A stretch of 64,000 nt of DNA from the sequence record SRR31156797_4828; one strand, 5' to 3'. A model generated the notes under the pieces. It worked only from the letters and a program-made list of their open reading frames with translations, was not told where the DNA came from and did not search any database. A program made the position numbers and the translations under genes. Below are positions 52,601 through 63,702 of this stretch, piece by piece (within the stretch, counting starts at the first letter, position 1; each line of letters starts with the position of its first letter).

Positions 52601-53254
52601 TAACGCTAAAAAGCGATTGGCTGCGTCACTTTGGGCTGCCAAAGGCACCAACTGATCTTCTAGTTCATAAATGATATCTTGTAGACGGCTTAAATTGTCT
52701 TCCGTTTCAAACAACTTTTGCTCGGCTTTCTTTTTCCGCTGTTTGTACTTCAATACCCCCGCCGCTTCTTCAAAAATCCCACGACGGTCTTCTGGTTTGC
52801 TGCTGAAAATTGCTTCTACCTTGCCTTGGGAAATGATCGAAAATGATTCTTTCCCCAGCCCAGAGTCCATAAATAACTCTTGGATGTCCTTTAAGCGGCA
52901 AGCTTGTTTATTTAAGAAAAAGTCGCTTTCGCCGGTTCTTCTCAAGCGGCGAGTCACGCTGATCTCACTGTAATCCATCGGCAAGTAATGATCGCTATTG
53001 TCTAAAACGATCGTCACTTCCGCTATATTTAGCGCTCTGCGGGTGTCAGAACCTGCAAAAATAACATCAGGCATTTTGCCACCACGTAGATTTTTGGCAG
53101 ATTGTTCTCCTAAAACCCAACGAATCGCTTCGGTAATATTGCTCTTGCCGCTGCCATTTGGTCCGACGACTGCAGTCACACGATGTTCGAAATCAATGAC
53201 TGTGCGGTCGGCAAAGGATTTAAAGCCGGCAATCTCTATTCGTTTTAAATACAC
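49676..53254 (-). CDS. smc: Chromosome segregation protein SMC
   Basis: GPNGSGKSN, hinge [21 protein letters not shown]; long coiled coils. Confidence 0.98.
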   Translation of the reverse strand: MYLKRIEIAGFKSFADRTVIDFEHRVTAVVGPNGSGKSNITEAIRWVLGEQSAKNLRGGKMPDVIFAGSDTRRALNIAEVTIVLDNSDHYLPMDYSEISVTRRLRRTGESDFFLNKQACRLKDIQELFMDSGLGKESFSIISQGKVEAIFSSKPEDRRGIFEEAAGVLKYKQRKKKAEQKLFETEDNLSRLQDIIYELEDQLVPLAAQSDAANRFLALKEKLTTVDVAYAVLEITKAKEAWETAKAQLSTFNQELAQISEKINQGELSLHSLRQQRTAFDETLERLNQQLLEVTEGLKQAEGQKEVLDERSKHTQKSSAEYQETLEEVTERITLLNEEKAELIGLLSQKNRSVQEVEAAMLACQQEREKYQRSAKEIIEELRSQYVEAMQEQATIGNELKYLERQYQQEAAKNQTALSKQTQMNTSLKEKTTEAQIVEEQLTQAKAILEEQRKQYIHLQEKAQTNKKRFDEEQKKMYQLMSQVQQVRAKQRSLQDIQENYSGFYQGVRLILKNKQQISGIVGAVAELIDVPQDYTVAIETALGAAAQHVVVENERDARAAITYLKENRGGRATFLPLTTIKARHLPDYARNQAKQVSGFIGVASELVQSPEHIQTITDNLLGSILIAEDLQSANALARALNYSYRVVSLEGDVMNAGGSMTGGATKKNAGSLFSQSNELQQLTAQATQLDERLLKTEKQVQHFEAATKEAQAALEELRTQGEQARMTEHELQSRLQNLENDLSRLKQEQQVFDFEHREVQAFFEEYDEKKTSLEEQQKNIAAQLAKIDQDIHQMNAEEDLIEEKRQTLAQESARLQAAFAVQKEQVAHLQQKIAATNQALEENEARQHSLERQLAALTSNVSDHEFSEENILQRIEAFTKTKQQVTAELTVIREQRQVVQQEIGALDEALSAENLTQKEKLSEKTEVEIEKNRAELVMDNRLLYLQEEYNLTFEKAAQDFSEIEDADQAKVDIQELKQAIEQIGPVNLNAIEQYEQVNQRHLFLTSQRDDLLSAKAQLFDTMSEMDEEVKTRFGEVFDAIRLQFKQVFPNMFGGGHAELVLTDPKDLLNTGIEIEAQPPGKKLQNLSLLSGGERALTAIALLFSIIQVRPVPFCVLDEVEAALDEANVSRFGHYLSAFQNDTQFIVVTHRKGTMEAADVLYGVTMQESGVSKTVSVRLEEVREGGSFAADQA

Positions 53255-53269
53255 TCCGCCAGTCCTCTC

Positions 53270-53962
53270 TTACTGTTCAAGATCCGCCAAGGCATTCGCC
53301 GCGGCGTCCTGTTCTGATAATTTCTTCGATTTTCCTTGTCCTTTTCCGATCAAGGTATCATCGCAATAGACTTCCGTCCAAAAAATCCGTTCATGGGCGG
53401 GGCCTGCTTCTTTGATCAAACGATAGTTGATGGAAACATCGCCGCCACGTTGCAAGACTTCTTGCAAGCGGGTCTTGTGATCCATCTCATGGGAAAAAGC
53501 ACCTGCTTTTACTTTTGGAAAAACAACTTTCGTCAAAAAGCCGCTGACACTTTCCAGTCCTTGGTCCAAGTATAACGCACCTAAAAAGGCTTCAAATAGA
53601 TCACAAAGCAAAGAAGGTCGTTTACGACCGCCAGAGTTTTCTTCCCCTTTGCCTAGACGAATGTATTCATCGAATCGGCAATCTTTGGCAAACATGGATA
53701 AACTGTCTTCGCGAACGATTGCCGCCCGTAGCTTCGTCAGCTTACCTTCGGGCAGATCTGGCAATTCACGATACAAATACCGTGAAACGATCAACTCTAA
53801 GACAGCATCGCCCAAAAACTCTAAACGTTCGTTATCTGACAAGTGCAAGTTGCGGTGCTCATTCACATAAGATGAATGCGTAAACGCTTGTTCAAGCAGA
53901 TCTACATCATGGAACACAATATCAAACTTTTCTTTTAGTTCTTTCGTTAATTGTGTATTCAT
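53270..53962 (-). CDS. rnc: Ribonuclease III
   Basis: [12 protein letters not shown] signature plus dsRBD. Confidence 0.98.
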   Translation of the reverse strand: MNTQLTKELKEKFDIVFHDVDLLEQAFTHSSYVNEHRNLHLSDNERLEFLGDAVLELIVSRYLYRELPDLPEGKLTKLRAAIVREDSLSMFAKDCRFDEYIRLGKGEENSGGRKRPSLLCDLFEAFLGALYLDQGLESVSGFLTKVVFPKVKAGAFSHEMDHKTRLQEVLQRGGDVSINYRLIKEAGPAHERIFWTEVYCDDTLIGKGQGKSKKLSEQDAAANALADLEQ

Positions 53963-54131
53963 TTGTCACATTCCTTCATTAGTTTATCGACACTTCCCTA
54001 TTATACTGGTTTTTGCCGAATTATGAAATGTTTCCTCCAAATTCTTGGAAAGACTGTAATAAAAATTTATCTACTTAATCTTCTCCTGTATAAAAAAGCC
54101 TGTTTTCCTCAGATACCCGCAAAAAAACAGG

Positions 54132-54163
54132 AAAAAAAGACGTCCCAGAAAGGACGTCTTTTC
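54132..54163 (-). terminator. oppA terminator
   Basis: AAAAGACGTCC-cagaaa-GGACGTCTTTT hairpin. Confidence 0.8.
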
Positions 54164-54175
54164 ATCGATCATTGA

Positions 54176-55960
54176 TTAACGAGATTCAGCTGTAACTGAA
54201 ATTGTTGCCCAAGGATTGTAATTCACATCATAGGCCCATGTGAAGTCTTTGACACGATTTGATACAGGTAACACCGCACTACGGTAAAGTGTTGGGATAA
54301 CAAATGCTTCATCAGCAGCATATTCTTGCCATGCATCAAACGCTTCTTTACGTTTTGCTTCGTCAAATGAATCTTTTGAATCGATTGCTTCTAATAGCTT
54401 CGTGTTTTCTTCTGATTCAAAACGAGTGTAGTTGAACGCAGAGTTAGGTCCATACAAGCCCATTGGTGATGGGTCATAGCCAGTATTCCATGCACCTTGG
54501 TAAACATCAATCTCAGGATCATCATTTTCCAATTTGTCATAGAATGCTTGGAAGTCGATCAAGCGACCTGTTGTGTATTGTACATCAAGTCCGATTTCAT
54601 TCCATTGTTGGATGTAGTAATCTGCTAACGGTTGTGCTGTTTCGCCACCGGACATTGAAGCAAAGTTGATGGTCAATTTCTCACCATTTTTGTCTTCACG
54701 CATACCGTCGCCATCGACATCTTTGTAGCCAGCATCATCAAGTAATTGATTTGCTTTGTCGATGTTTAAAGTATAACCTTCAACATCTGTATTGTGTAAT
54801 GAGCCAAATACTGGTGGGATCAATGTCGTTGCATTTGTGCGCAAGCCATTGTAGAACCGGCTTCCGACAGCATCATTATCTAATGCATACCCCATTGCTT
54901 GACGCAATGATTTGTCAGCCATTTTTGAATCAGGATTATATTCTACTTTTCCTTCATCAGCATTCCATTTACCTAATTTGAAACCTAAATAGGTGTAAGC
55001 AGTATCTGTTCGGCCTAAGATTTGATAACCATCAGTATCTTTATAAGTAGGATACGTATCTGTCGGCATTGATAAAGCCATATCATATTGTTTTGCGTTC
55101 ATCGCTTCAACAATAGATGAAGTTGGAACTGCTTTAAATGATAATTTATCTAGTTTTGGCTTATCTCCATAATAGTATTCGTTTGGAACGTACTCTACGG
55201 ATTCACCAGCTACGATATTTGACATTACATATGGTCCGAAGACGATTGGATTTTTACGAACTTGATCGCTTGATTCCATATCTTTGACTTCGATTCCTTC
55301 AAAGGCGTGTTTTGGTAATGCAGAAGCCCAAATACCACCACCTGCTTGCATCATACCAGGGTGAACTTCTTTGTATTCGATTTTAACGACTTTGTCACTT
55401 TCTTTGGTGATACCAGAAATAGTATCAGCTTTGCCATCATGGTAATCTTCCATACCAACAATGTTAGTAAAGTTACTATCATAACGAATACCAGTATAAT
55501 CTTTGTTACCAATTACTTCGTAAGTGAAGATGATATCATCTGCCGTAACATCTTCGCCATCAGACCATTTCAGGTTGTCGCGTAAAGTAATTGTTGCTGT
55601 GTTGTTGTCTTCATCTAGCTCAAGGTTTGCAGCCCCGCCGTCAACAATTTTGAAATCAGCGTCATTGACGAATAAACTTTCATTACTTGGCAACATAAAT
55701 TGTGCATCATAGTTATCTTGATAAAATTCTGTTTGGAACAACCCTTGGAATTGCGTATCCATCACTACTGCAACATCCAACGTACCACCTTCGATTGCCT
55801 CTGCATCATTGCTAACTTCGATTGGGAAGTTGCTTACATCTTCCGTATCGTTTGCTGCATTGCCGCCACCAGAAGAATCGGTTCCGCCGCCGTTGCTGCC
55901 ACAAGCTGCCAATGCTAACACTGACAAAAGAGTGACCATACCAAAAATATTTTTCTTCAT
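54176..55960 (-). CDS. oppA: Oligopeptide ABC transporter binding lipoprotein
   Basis: Lipobox LAAC; KWSDGEDVTADD family-5 signature. Confidence 0.92.
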   Translation of the reverse strand: MKKNIFGMVTLLSVLALAACGSNGGGTDSSGGGNAANDTEDVSNFPIEVSNDAEAIEGGTLDVAVVMDTQFQGLFQTEFYQDNYDAQFMLPSNESLFVNDADFKIVDGGAANLELDEDNNTATITLRDNLKWSDGEDVTADDIIFTYEVIGNKDYTGIRYDSNFTNIVGMEDYHDGKADTISGITKESDKVVKIEYKEVHPGMMQAGGGIWASALPKHAFEGIEVKDMESSDQVRKNPIVFGPYVMSNIVAGESVEYVPNEYYYGDKPKLDKLSFKAVPTSSIVEAMNAKQYDMALSMPTDTYPTYKDTDGYQILGRTDTAYTYLGFKLGKWNADEGKVEYNPDSKMADKSLRQAMGYALDNDAVGSRFYNGLRTNATTLIPPVFGSLHNTDVEGYTLNIDKANQLLDDAGYKDVDGDGMREDKNGEKLTINFASMSGGETAQPLADYYIQQWNEIGLDVQYTTGRLIDFQAFYDKLENDDPEIDVYQGAWNTGYDPSPMGLYGPNSAFNYTRFESEENTKLLEAIDSKDSFDEAKRKEAFDAWQEYAADEAFVIPTLYRSAVLPVSNRVKDFTWAYDVNYNPWATISVTAESR

Positions 55961-55976
55961 CCTGTATCCTCCTTGT

Positions 55977-56894
55977 TTATCCTAGTCGTTGACGCGCATC
56001 CGCTGAACGCTTAAATGCTTGACCAACGTAATTGATACTCAACATCAAGACTAAAATTAGAATTGATGCGGGTAACCAGATCCACTGTCTGTTGACCAGC
56101 ACATCACCGCTGCTGGCATATCCGATCAGTGTTCCCAAACTTGGAACATTGGTCGGCAGACCAAAACCTAAGAATGTTAGTGTCGTTTCAATACCGATAT
56201 TCGCTGCAAAGTTCATTGTTAAGTTGGTGATGATCAATGAGCTAAGGTTCGGCATGATTTCGCGGAACATGATGACAAAGTCATTGGTTCCGAGGGTTTT
56301 CGATGCACTAACATAGTCGCGACGGCCTTCTGAAAGGGTCTTACTTCGGAAGAGCCTTGCTTTTCCGACCCAGTAAAAGGCACTCATGACCCATATAAAG
56401 GTCCAAACGTTATAACGAGGTACGATCGATACGATAACGATAATGATCAACATGATCGGCAAAATCATAACGAAGTCAACAATACGCATCAAAATGTTAT
56501 CAATGATGCCGCCGTAGTAACCTGAGATGATCCCTAGTCCGACCCCAACGATCGACGTAATGATCGTGATTGAAAAACCAATCAAGATTGAGTTACGCGC
56601 ACCGATGATCAATTGCCCCCAAACATCACGGCCACCTTCATCCGCCCCTAAAAGGTAGGTGCCGCCGTTTGGCGAAATCGCGCCAGGTACAGCGTATTTA
56701 TCAAGGATGCTGACACGCATCACTTGTGATTGATCGATAACTGCCGAGCCGATAAACACGAATAATAAAACTGCGACTAACAAAACTAATGAAAAGATCG
56801 CCATTTTATCTTTTAAGAATTCGCGAAAAATCATTTTCAATCCCATAGGCGGGATGCTCTCTTGTTTTAGTACTTTTTCTTTCTTTTCAGACAC
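55977..56894 (-). CDS. oppC: Oligopeptide ABC permease
   Basis: LGADEGGRD motif, EAA-like loop, TFLGFG. Confidence 0.92.
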   Translation of the reverse strand: MSEKKEKVLKQESIPPMGLKMIFREFLKDKMAIFSLVLLVAVLLFVFIGSAVIDQSQVMRVSILDKYAVPGAISPNGGTYLLGADEGGRDVWGQLIIGARNSILIGFSITIITSIVGVGLGIISGYYGGIIDNILMRIVDFVMILPIMLIIIVIVSIVPRYNVWTFIWVMSAFYWVGKARLFRSKTLSEGRRDYVSASKTLGTNDFVIMFREIMPNLSSLIITNLTMNFAANIGIETTLTFLGFGLPTNVPSLGTLIGYASSGDVLVNRQWIWLPASILILVLMLSINYVGQAFKRSADARQRLG

Positions 56895-56909
56895 ATTTAT
56901 CCCCTCCTA

Positions 56910-57866
56910 TTACTGGATTCTGATTCTTGGATCGACAATACTCATGATGATATCTGACAGCAGCGTACCGATCAAGGTCGCTAGTCCTAAGATCAATGTC
57001 AGTGAAGTGATCACGGCATAGTCCCGTTGGACGATACTATCGATAAACAGTTTTCCGACACCTGGGTAGGCGAAGATTTTCTCAATGACCACAGAACCTG
57101 CGATCAATGACGTGATCTCATAGCCCATTTGTGATGCGATCGGCAACGATGCATTCCGGAAAACGTGACGTGAGAAGACTTTGTTCGTTGGTACCCCTTT
57201 TGAACGAGCGGTACGAACGAAATCCAATGATTTCGAATCAATGACTTCACTTCGCAAGTATTGGATCGTCACTGCTGTTCCTAATAATGCAGAAGTGATT
57301 GCCGGTAATAGTAGGTGATACAAGCGACTCCAAAACTCAGCCATGCCGCTGACCCCCGGTGCAACGGAACCACCCGTTGGGAACCAAGCCAATCGGTAAC
57401 CGAAGATGAACAATGCGATCAACGCAAAGATAAACAACGGTACGGCGAAACTGAAGAAGTTGTAAACAACGACGACTTTATCAAGCAATGAATTTTGGTA
57501 ACGTCCTGCCCACATCCCTAAAGGAATGGCAATCACGTAAGTCAAAATGACCGTCAATAAAGATAACCACAATGTATTGCTGATACGTCCTGCTAATAAT
57601 GTTGAAACAGGCAATTTAAAGATGAAGCTTTGTCCAAAGTCCCCTTTTAAGGCATTTCCGATCCAACGGAAATACTGGGTATACCATGGGTCATTCAAAC
57701 CAGCGGCTTCACGCATCCGCTCAATAACAGCTGGATCTTGGTTTGGATTGATCAAACCAGTAAATGGATCCCCAGGCATTGCTTGTGCGATCAAGAAAAT
57801 CAAGATACTCAAAATAATGACTTGTGGGATCATCAACAACAAACGACGTAGAATTGTTTTCCACAT
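56910..57866 (-). CDS. oppB: Oligopeptide ABC permease
   Basis: PGDP, GDFGQS, TARSKG, DPRIR. Confidence 0.93.
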   Translation of the reverse strand: MWKTILRRLLLMIPQVIILSILIFLIAQAMPGDPFTGLINPNQDPAVIERMREAAGLNDPWYTQYFRWIGNALKGDFGQSFIFKLPVSTLLAGRISNTLWLSLLTVILTYVIAIPLGMWAGRYQNSLLDKVVVVYNFFSFAVPLFIFALIALFIFGYRLAWFPTGGSVAPGVSGMAEFWSRLYHLLLPAITSALLGTAVTIQYLRSEVIDSKSLDFVRTARSKGVPTNKVFSRHVFRNASLPIASQMGYEITSLIAGSVVIEKIFAYPGVGKLFIDSIVQRDYAVITSLTLILGLATLIGTLLSDIIMSIVDPRIRIQ

Positions 57867-58810
57867 TATTCAGCACCCCCGTTTTTCAATGCGACTTGGT
57901 GCGACTCGGTGATTTTACGCAAGTCATACACTCTGCCAGATTCGTCGTAGTAATCTTTTTGATGGGTCACATATTCCAACTCGACCTTGCGGCGGTTTTC
58001 TTTGTGAGCATCGCGATTTTTTACGTCGATTTGAGGAATCGCTGATAATAAACGTTTTGTATAGATGTGACGCGGGTCTTGGTAGATATCTTCCCGAGTC
58101 CCGATCTCAACGAAGCGGCCTTTGTACATGATGGCGATATTGTCGCACATATGTTTTACGACCCCTAAGTCATGAGAGATAAATAAGAAACTTAAGCCGA
58201 ATTCTTGCTGGATCCGTTTCATAAAGTTCAGTACCTGTGCTTGCACGGATAAGTCAAGAGCTGAAACCGGCTCATCGGCGACGATCAGTTTTGGATTGGA
58301 AGCTACCGCACGGGCAACCCCTAACCGTTGACGTTGTCCGCCAGAGAATTCATGAGGATATTTGTATAGGGCATCTTCTGGCATCCCAACGATATCCAAC
58401 AAACTTTTCACACGTGTTTTCTCTTCTTGATCGCTTAAGCGTTCAAAGTTGCGCAATGGTTCTGCGATAATGTCCACCACACGTTTTTTAGGATTCAAGC
58501 TAGACATTGAATCTTGGAAAATCATTTGGACATCTTTGTTGTAGTTCATTTTCTTGCGGACAGAACGTTTAGTCACGTCTTGCCCATCATAAATGATTTC
58601 GCCGCTAGTGATTTTTTCTAACCCAACGATAGCTTTCCCAGTTGTGGATTTACCAGAACCAGACTCACCAACCAATCCGTAGGTTTTTCCTTTTTCAATG
58701 ACGAAGTCCACACCATCAACGGCGTACACGTGATCCGTGACGCGGTTGAAGAATCCGCTGCGAATAGGATAGTGGACTTTCAGATCTTTGATTGTAATTA
58801 ATTCTGTCAT
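57866..58810 (-). CDS. oppF: Oligopeptide ABC ATPase
   Basis: GESGSGKST, FSGGQRQR, DEPVSALD. Confidence 0.94.
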   Translation of the reverse strand: MTELITIKDLKVHYPIRSGFFNRVTDHVYAVDGVDFVIEKGKTYGLVGESGSGKSTTGKAIVGLEKITSGEIIYDGQDVTKRSVRKKMNYNKDVQMIFQDSMSSLNPKKRVVDIIAEPLRNFERLSDQEEKTRVKSLLDIVGMPEDALYKYPHEFSGGQRQRLGVARAVASNPKLIVADEPVSALDLSVQAQVLNFMKRIQQEFGLSFLFISHDLGVVKHMCDNIAIMYKGRFVEIGTREDIYQDPRHIYTKRLLSAIPQIDVKNRDAHKENRRKVELEYVTHQKDYYDESGRVYDLRKITESHQVALKNGGAE

Positions 58811-59818
58811 CTACACTTCTCCTTCTTCGTCTCTAAAATGAAAATGCTTGTAGCATGTGCAACGGACCAAATGATCAGGTGCTACTTCATGCAAGACTGG
58901 GTTTGCTTCGTGGTCGCTTTCAGGGATCCAAGGAATCCGTGCAGCAAACCGACAACCAGTCCGAGGCATATTTTTCAAGGAAGGAACCACCCCTTCGATC
59001 ACATGCAGTTCACTGTCTTGAGAATTTTCTTGAGGGATCGAGTTAAGCAATGAGCGGGTGTATGGATGTTTCGGATTGGCAAACAACTCTTCGGCTGTTG
59101 CGACTTCCACAAACTGTCCCCCATACATTACGGCTACACGGTCGGCCATCTCTGCTACGACACCTAAATCGTGGGTGATCAAAATGATCCCCGTTTGCGT
59201 TTCTTCTTGCAAATCTTTTAGTAGATCAAGGATCTGTGCTTGGATCGTCACGTCCAACGCTGTCGTTGGCTCATCCGCAATGATGATTGGCGGTTTACAA
59301 GCAATCGCGATCGCGATGATGACCCGCTGACGCATCCCACCAGACAATTCATGAGGGTATTGACGTCCTACACGTGGCGGATTTGGAATCCCAACTTGTT
59401 CTAATAATTCTAATGCTCGTGCTTGGCGCTGTTCGGCATTCATATCTGTATGATAAGACAAACCTTCTTTGATTTGGTCTTCGATCCGCATCAACGGATT
59501 CAGTGCAGACAACGGATCTTGGAAAATCATCCCAATATCATTTCCGCGAATTTTGTTGTATAACGTTTCATTTAAGTTTGACAAGTTTAAATCTTTATAT
59601 AAGATTTCCCCAGTGATTTTCGTGTTGTTTGGGTCATGTAGCCCCATGATCGTTGTAGCCAACGTACTTTTTCCGCAACCAGATTCTCCTACGATTGCTA
59701 AGATCTCATTACGATCCAGTGTAAAAGAAATACCATCTACTGCGTCATAGTAATCGTCTTTGATACGAAAACCTGTGTGAAGGTTTTGAACATCTAGTAA
59801 TTGATTATCTCTGGACAA
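58811..59818 (-). CDS. oppD: Oligopeptide ABC ATPase
   Basis: GESGCGKS, LSGGMRQR, DEPTTALD, C-terminal GCRF. Confidence 0.94.
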   Translation of the reverse strand: MSRDNQLLDVQNLHTGFRIKDDYYDAVDGISFTLDRNEILAIVGESGCGKSTLATTIMGLHDPNNTKITGEILYKDLNLSNLNETLYNKIRGNDIGMIFQDPLSALNPLMRIEDQIKEGLSYHTDMNAEQRQARALELLEQVGIPNPPRVGRQYPHELSGGMRQRVIIAIAIACKPPIIIADEPTTALDVTIQAQILDLLKDLQEETQTGIILITHDLGVVAEMADRVAVMYGGQFVEVATAEELFANPKHPYTRSLLNSIPQENSQDSELHVIEGVVPSLKNMPRTGCRFAARIPWIPESDHEANPVLHEVAPDHLVRCTCYKHFHFRDEEGEV

Positions 59819-59929
59819 TCGAATACCCCTCTCTACTTTCTAAGATGTCTTGCGTTTTAATGTAAAAAAGAAGGAACGTGCATTTCATTTCCAAAAGCTT
59901 TCTTAACATTGTATAATATATTCTTAATA

Positions 59930-59996
59930 ATTATATAGAAATGCTAACAATAATGCAAGTCCCAGAAAACTTAATACACTGAATTTTCAGAAAATT
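59930..59996 (-). promoter_or_regulatory. opp promoter with a perfect CodY box
   Basis: TTGCAT(59958-59953)-17-TATAAT(59935-59930); AATTTTCAGAAAATT at 59982-59996 matches the CodY consensus. Confidence 0.8.
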
Positions 59997-60100
59997 TACA
60001 TTACGCTTCCAACGCCGTCATGTCAGGTTTAACGATCGTTTTTTTGATTTCGATTCTAAAGAAAAGCCGCCCAAATCACAGCGGATCAATTATGAGAAAG

Positions 60101-60131
60101 AAAGAGCTAAGTCATCTAGGACTTAGCTCTT
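60101..60131 (-). terminator. acp terminator
   Basis: AAGAGCTAAGTC-atctag-GACTTAGCTCTT hairpin. Confidence 0.75.
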
Positions 60132-60140
60132 ATGTCTGTC

Positions 60141-60383
60141 TTAAGCAAGATGGCTTGAAATATAATCAACCGCTCCACCGACTGTTTCGATCTGCTCGGC
60201 ATCTTCATCAGAAATCTCGGTACCAAATTCATCTTCTAGTTCAAGGACGAATTCCATCACACTGATCGAATCAGCGTTCAAGTCGTCTTTAATGCTCATC
60301 GTATCCGTTACGTTCTCTGCGTCAATTTCAAAATGATTGGCGATCACGACCGCAACTTTCTTGAATACTTCATCTCGTGTCAA
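60141..60383 (-). CDS. acpP: Acyl carrier protein (plsX-linked AcpB type)
   Basis: DLNADSISVMEFVLELEDEF phosphopantetheine motif; downstream of plsX. Confidence 0.92.
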   Translation of the reverse strand: MTRDEVFKKVAVVIANHFEIDAENVTDTMSIKDDLNADSISVMEFVLELEDEFGTEISDEDAEQIETVGGAVDYISSHLA

Positions 60384-60493
60384 CTGGCTTCACCTCCACG
60401 CGTTTGCACAAAACATAGAATGGCTAACAAACATTGTACTGCTTTCTATGCTTTTTGTCTAGATTTTTTTGCAATTTCATTACAATGATTGCA

Positions 60494-61513
60494 TTATGAT
60501 TGCGTTTCGTCTTTTGCAGCCGGCATTTCTTCAAAGTGGGCGACCAATTGTGCCACGACATCTGTTGCTAGCATCGTATGGATCTGCTTGATGGTGTACG
60601 CTACCGCTTCTGGTCCTGTCGCACCATGGGTTTTGATGACTGGAGCTTTCAAACCAAACAATACGGCCCCGCCATGTTTCGCATAATCCATTTCATTTTT
60701 CACTTTCCGCAATGCATCTTTCAGTAACAATGCGCCTAATTTTCCTTTGGTACCTGAATCAAGAATCGATTGTTTCAACAACGCCATCAAGTTCAAGGCG
60801 GTTCCTTCGATCGATTTCAAAACAGCGTTCCCAGTAAAGCCATCTGTCACGACGACGTCAGCTGCACCATCCAGTAATTCCCGGGCTTCGACATTGCCGA
60901 TAAAGTGGATCGTAGGATCCGCTGACAGCAGTTCAAAGGCTTTTTTCGTTAATTCACTACCTTTGGTTTCTTCCGTTCCGTTATTTAACAAGCCGACCCG
61001 TGGTCGATTGATCCCACGAACTTTTTGGGCGTAAAAGGATCCTAAGACGGCATAGTTTGCCAAATGTTCTGGTTTATTGTCGGCATTGGCACCTAGATCC
61101 AGCATATCAAAGCCAGCATCTTTGCCGATCACTGGCATTGTGGACATTAATCCTGGACGATCGATTTCTTTGATCCGACCGACGATAAACAAACCAGCCG
61201 CTAACAAGGCACCGGTATTTCCAGCTGAAAAAATCGCATCTGCTTCGCCATTTTTCACTGCTTGTGCCGCTAAGACCATTGAAGCGGTTTTTTTCCGTCT
61301 GATTGCTTTGACGGGTTCGTCATCACTATTGATTTTTTCATCTGTGTGGATGATAGTGACATTTTTATCATCCGTCATGTATTTTTTGATTTCATTTTCT
61401 TTTCCGTAAAGGAGGAATTCAATCTCTGGAAAGTCTTTTTTCGCCAGCATGACTCCTTCTACGATCGCTTTTGGGGCGTTGTCTCCGCCCATTGCATCAA
61501 CAGCAATCCGCAT
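60494..61513 (-). CDS. plsX: Phosphate acyltransferase PlsX
   Basis: [29 protein letters not shown]. Confidence 0.97.
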   Translation of the reverse strand: MRIAVDAMGGDNAPKAIVEGVMLAKKDFPEIEFLLYGKENEIKKYMTDDKNVTIIHTDEKINSDDEPVKAIRRKKTASMVLAAQAVKNGEADAIFSAGNTGALLAAGLFIVGRIKEIDRPGLMSTMPVIGKDAGFDMLDLGANADNKPEHLANYAVLGSFYAQKVRGINRPRVGLLNNGTEETKGSELTKKAFELLSADPTIHFIGNVEARELLDGAADVVVTDGFTGNAVLKSIEGTALNLMALLKQSILDSGTKGKLGALLLKDALRKVKNEMDYAKHGGAVLFGLKAPVIKTHGATGPEAVAYTIKQIHTMLATDVVAQLVAHFEEMPAAKDETQS

Positions 61514-61558
61514 CTCGCTGCCACTCCCTTCATTTTCCCAATCAGTATAGCATATTCT

Positions 61559-63589
61559 TTAATCAAAAAATTGTTTGTCTGCTTTTTTTGCTGCCAAATA
61601 GTTCGCCAATGCCGAAAATTCTGGCAACAGCTGCCAGCTGTTTTTTTGCCAAAGCTGGGTAGCTTCGACTTGTGCCACTTCTAGAATATGGGCATCCGCG
61701 ACCAAATCGGCAGCCGCAAACTCTGGCAAGCCCGATTGTCGATTGCCGAAGACTTCTCCTGGCCCCCGCAACTGCAGGTCTTTTTCGCTGACTACAAAGC
61801 CGTTGGTGGTTTCTGTCATGATTTTCATTCGTTCGACCCCCGTCTCATTTTTCGGGTTCGCGATCAAAATACAGTAAGAAGCATCGGCGCCGCGTCCTAC
61901 CCGTCCACGTAATTGGTGGAGCTGGGCTAATCCGAAACGATCAGCATCGATGATCAGCATCACTGTCGCATTGGGAACATTGACCCCTACTTCGATGACC
62001 GTCGTGGAAACCAAGATCTGCAGTTGATTTTCTTTGAATGCTTCCATAATAGTGTCTTTTTCTTGATTCTTCATTTTCCCGTGCAACATCCCTACTTGAT
62101 AGGTTGGGGAAAAATAACTTTGCAGCTGCTCATAAATCTCCGTGGCATTCTTGACATCCAGCATTTCGGATTCTTCGATCAAAGGACAGATGACATACAT
62201 CTGATGCCCTTGTGCCAATTCTTTTTGCGCCCACTCTAAGATCGATTCAAACTGCGGTGGCCGGACCCAGCGAGTCTCTACAGGAATCCGTCCTGCCGGC
62301 ATCTCATCGATCACCGAAACATCCATTTCGCCATAAGCCGTGATCGCTAGCGTACGAGGGATCGGCGTGGCGGTCATAAAGAGTACATCAGGCAGATAGC
62401 CTTTTTCCCTTAAGACTTTTCGCTGATTGACCCCGAAACGGTGTTGTTCATCGGTGATGACTAAGCCAAGATGTGCAAAGTCTACCCCTTCTTGGATCAG
62501 CGCATGGGTCCCAACGATGATGTCGATCTCCCCAGCTGCTAATTGTTCTAAGATGACCCGCCGTTCTTTTGGTTTGGTCGAGCCTGTTAAAAGAGCGGTG
62601 GTCACTTCTAAGGGGTCAAAGAGTTGATTCAAGCTCTCTAGGTGCTGTTGGGCCAAAATCTCAGTCGGCACCATCAGTGCGCCCTGAAAGCCAGCCGTCA
62701 TCGTAGCATAGAGGGCGATCGCCGCAACGACTGTTTTCCCGCTCCCTACATCTCCTTGCAAGAGCCGCTGCATGTGCTGCGGACTTTTCAGGTCATGGCA
62801 GATTTCATTGGTCACGCGCTTTTGCGCATTCGTCAATTCAAAGGGCAGTTTACGAGTAAATTCTTTCAAGCGTTGCACATCATAATCGATCGCCAAGCCG
62901 TTTTTCTCGGCTTTTTCGCTTTTCTTCAGTCCTTGGATCTGCATTTGGAACAAAAAGAACTCTTCAAAAATCACCCGACGCTTCGCTTGATGGCTCTCTT
63001 GGGGATCTTTGGGAAAATGCATTGCAAACATCGCGGATTTTCGATCCAACAACCGATATTTTTCGATCAATGACAAAGGCAAGATCTCCGTGATCTGATC
63101 ACCAAAATCAAGGAATGCCTGTTTGATCAGTTCGATCAACACACTTTGACGCACGGCTTTATTGACATGATAAATTGGGGCAAAGTCTTCTGCGCTCTTG
63201 CTGCCGAGAATTTTCATTCCCGTCAGTCCTTTGCGTTTGGCGTCCCATTTGCCATAGACGGCGATCTCTTCTGAGACCTCTACTTTATCCTTCAAATAAG
63301 GCTGATTGAAAAAGGAGACATTAAAGACATCGTGGTCTTGCATCATGCGAAATTGCAACCGACTTTTCTTGTAACCAAAGCGATTGACGACCGGTGGGGA
63401 AACGACGATCCCCTTGATCGTTACTTTTTCTTGGTCTTGAATCTCCGCTAATTGCCGTTCTTGAATGTCTTCATAACGAAACGGGTAATACTTTAGCAGG
63501 TCTTCGATGGTTTCGATTCCTAAACTCGCCAAGTCTTGGGCGCGTTTTTCTCCGACACCCTTTAATACCGTAAGTGGCTGATTCAGCAT
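61559..63589 (-). CDS. recG: ATP-dependent DNA helicase RecG
   Basis: QGDVGSGKT, DEQHRFG, TATPIPR, QLRGRVGR; start at ATG 63589. Confidence 0.97.
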   Translation of the reverse strand: MLNQPLTVLKGVGEKRAQDLASLGIETIEDLLKYYPFRYEDIQERQLAEIQDQEKVTIKGIVVSPPVVNRFGYKKSRLQFRMMQDHDVFNVSFFNQPYLKDKVEVSEEIAVYGKWDAKRKGLTGMKILGSKSAEDFAPIYHVNKAVRQSVLIELIKQAFLDFGDQITEILPLSLIEKYRLLDRKSAMFAMHFPKDPQESHQAKRRVIFEEFFLFQMQIQGLKKSEKAEKNGLAIDYDVQRLKEFTRKLPFELTNAQKRVTNEICHDLKSPQHMQRLLQGDVGSGKTVVAAIALYATMTAGFQGALMVPTEILAQQHLESLNQLFDPLEVTTALLTGSTKPKERRVILEQLAAGEIDIIVGTHALIQEGVDFAHLGLVITDEQHRFGVNQRKVLREKGYLPDVLFMTATPIPRTLAITAYGEMDVSVIDEMPAGRIPVETRWVRPPQFESILEWAQKELAQGHQMYVICPLIEESEMLDVKNATEIYEQLQSYFSPTYQVGMLHGKMKNQEKDTIMEAFKENQLQILVSTTVIEVGVNVPNATVMLIIDADRFGLAQLHQLRGRVGRGADASYCILIANPKNETGVERMKIMTETTNGFVVSEKDLQLRGPGEVFGNRQSGLPEFAAADLVADAHILEVAQVEATQLWQKNSWQLLPEFSALANYLAAKKADKQFFD

Positions 63590-63702
63590 AGGTACCCTCC
63601 TTTTCCAAAAGTGATTTTGATTCATTGCAGGGGTTCCTGCATTCATAGAAAAAGACGGAGCCAAAAATCATCTACGATTTTTGCCCCCGCCGCCTAATTT
63701 GT

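Noticed and set aside
49676-53254. SMC as a Wadjet/Lamassu defence component
   Set aside because: Canonical rnc-smc-HAD-ftsY housekeeping context with a standard hinge.
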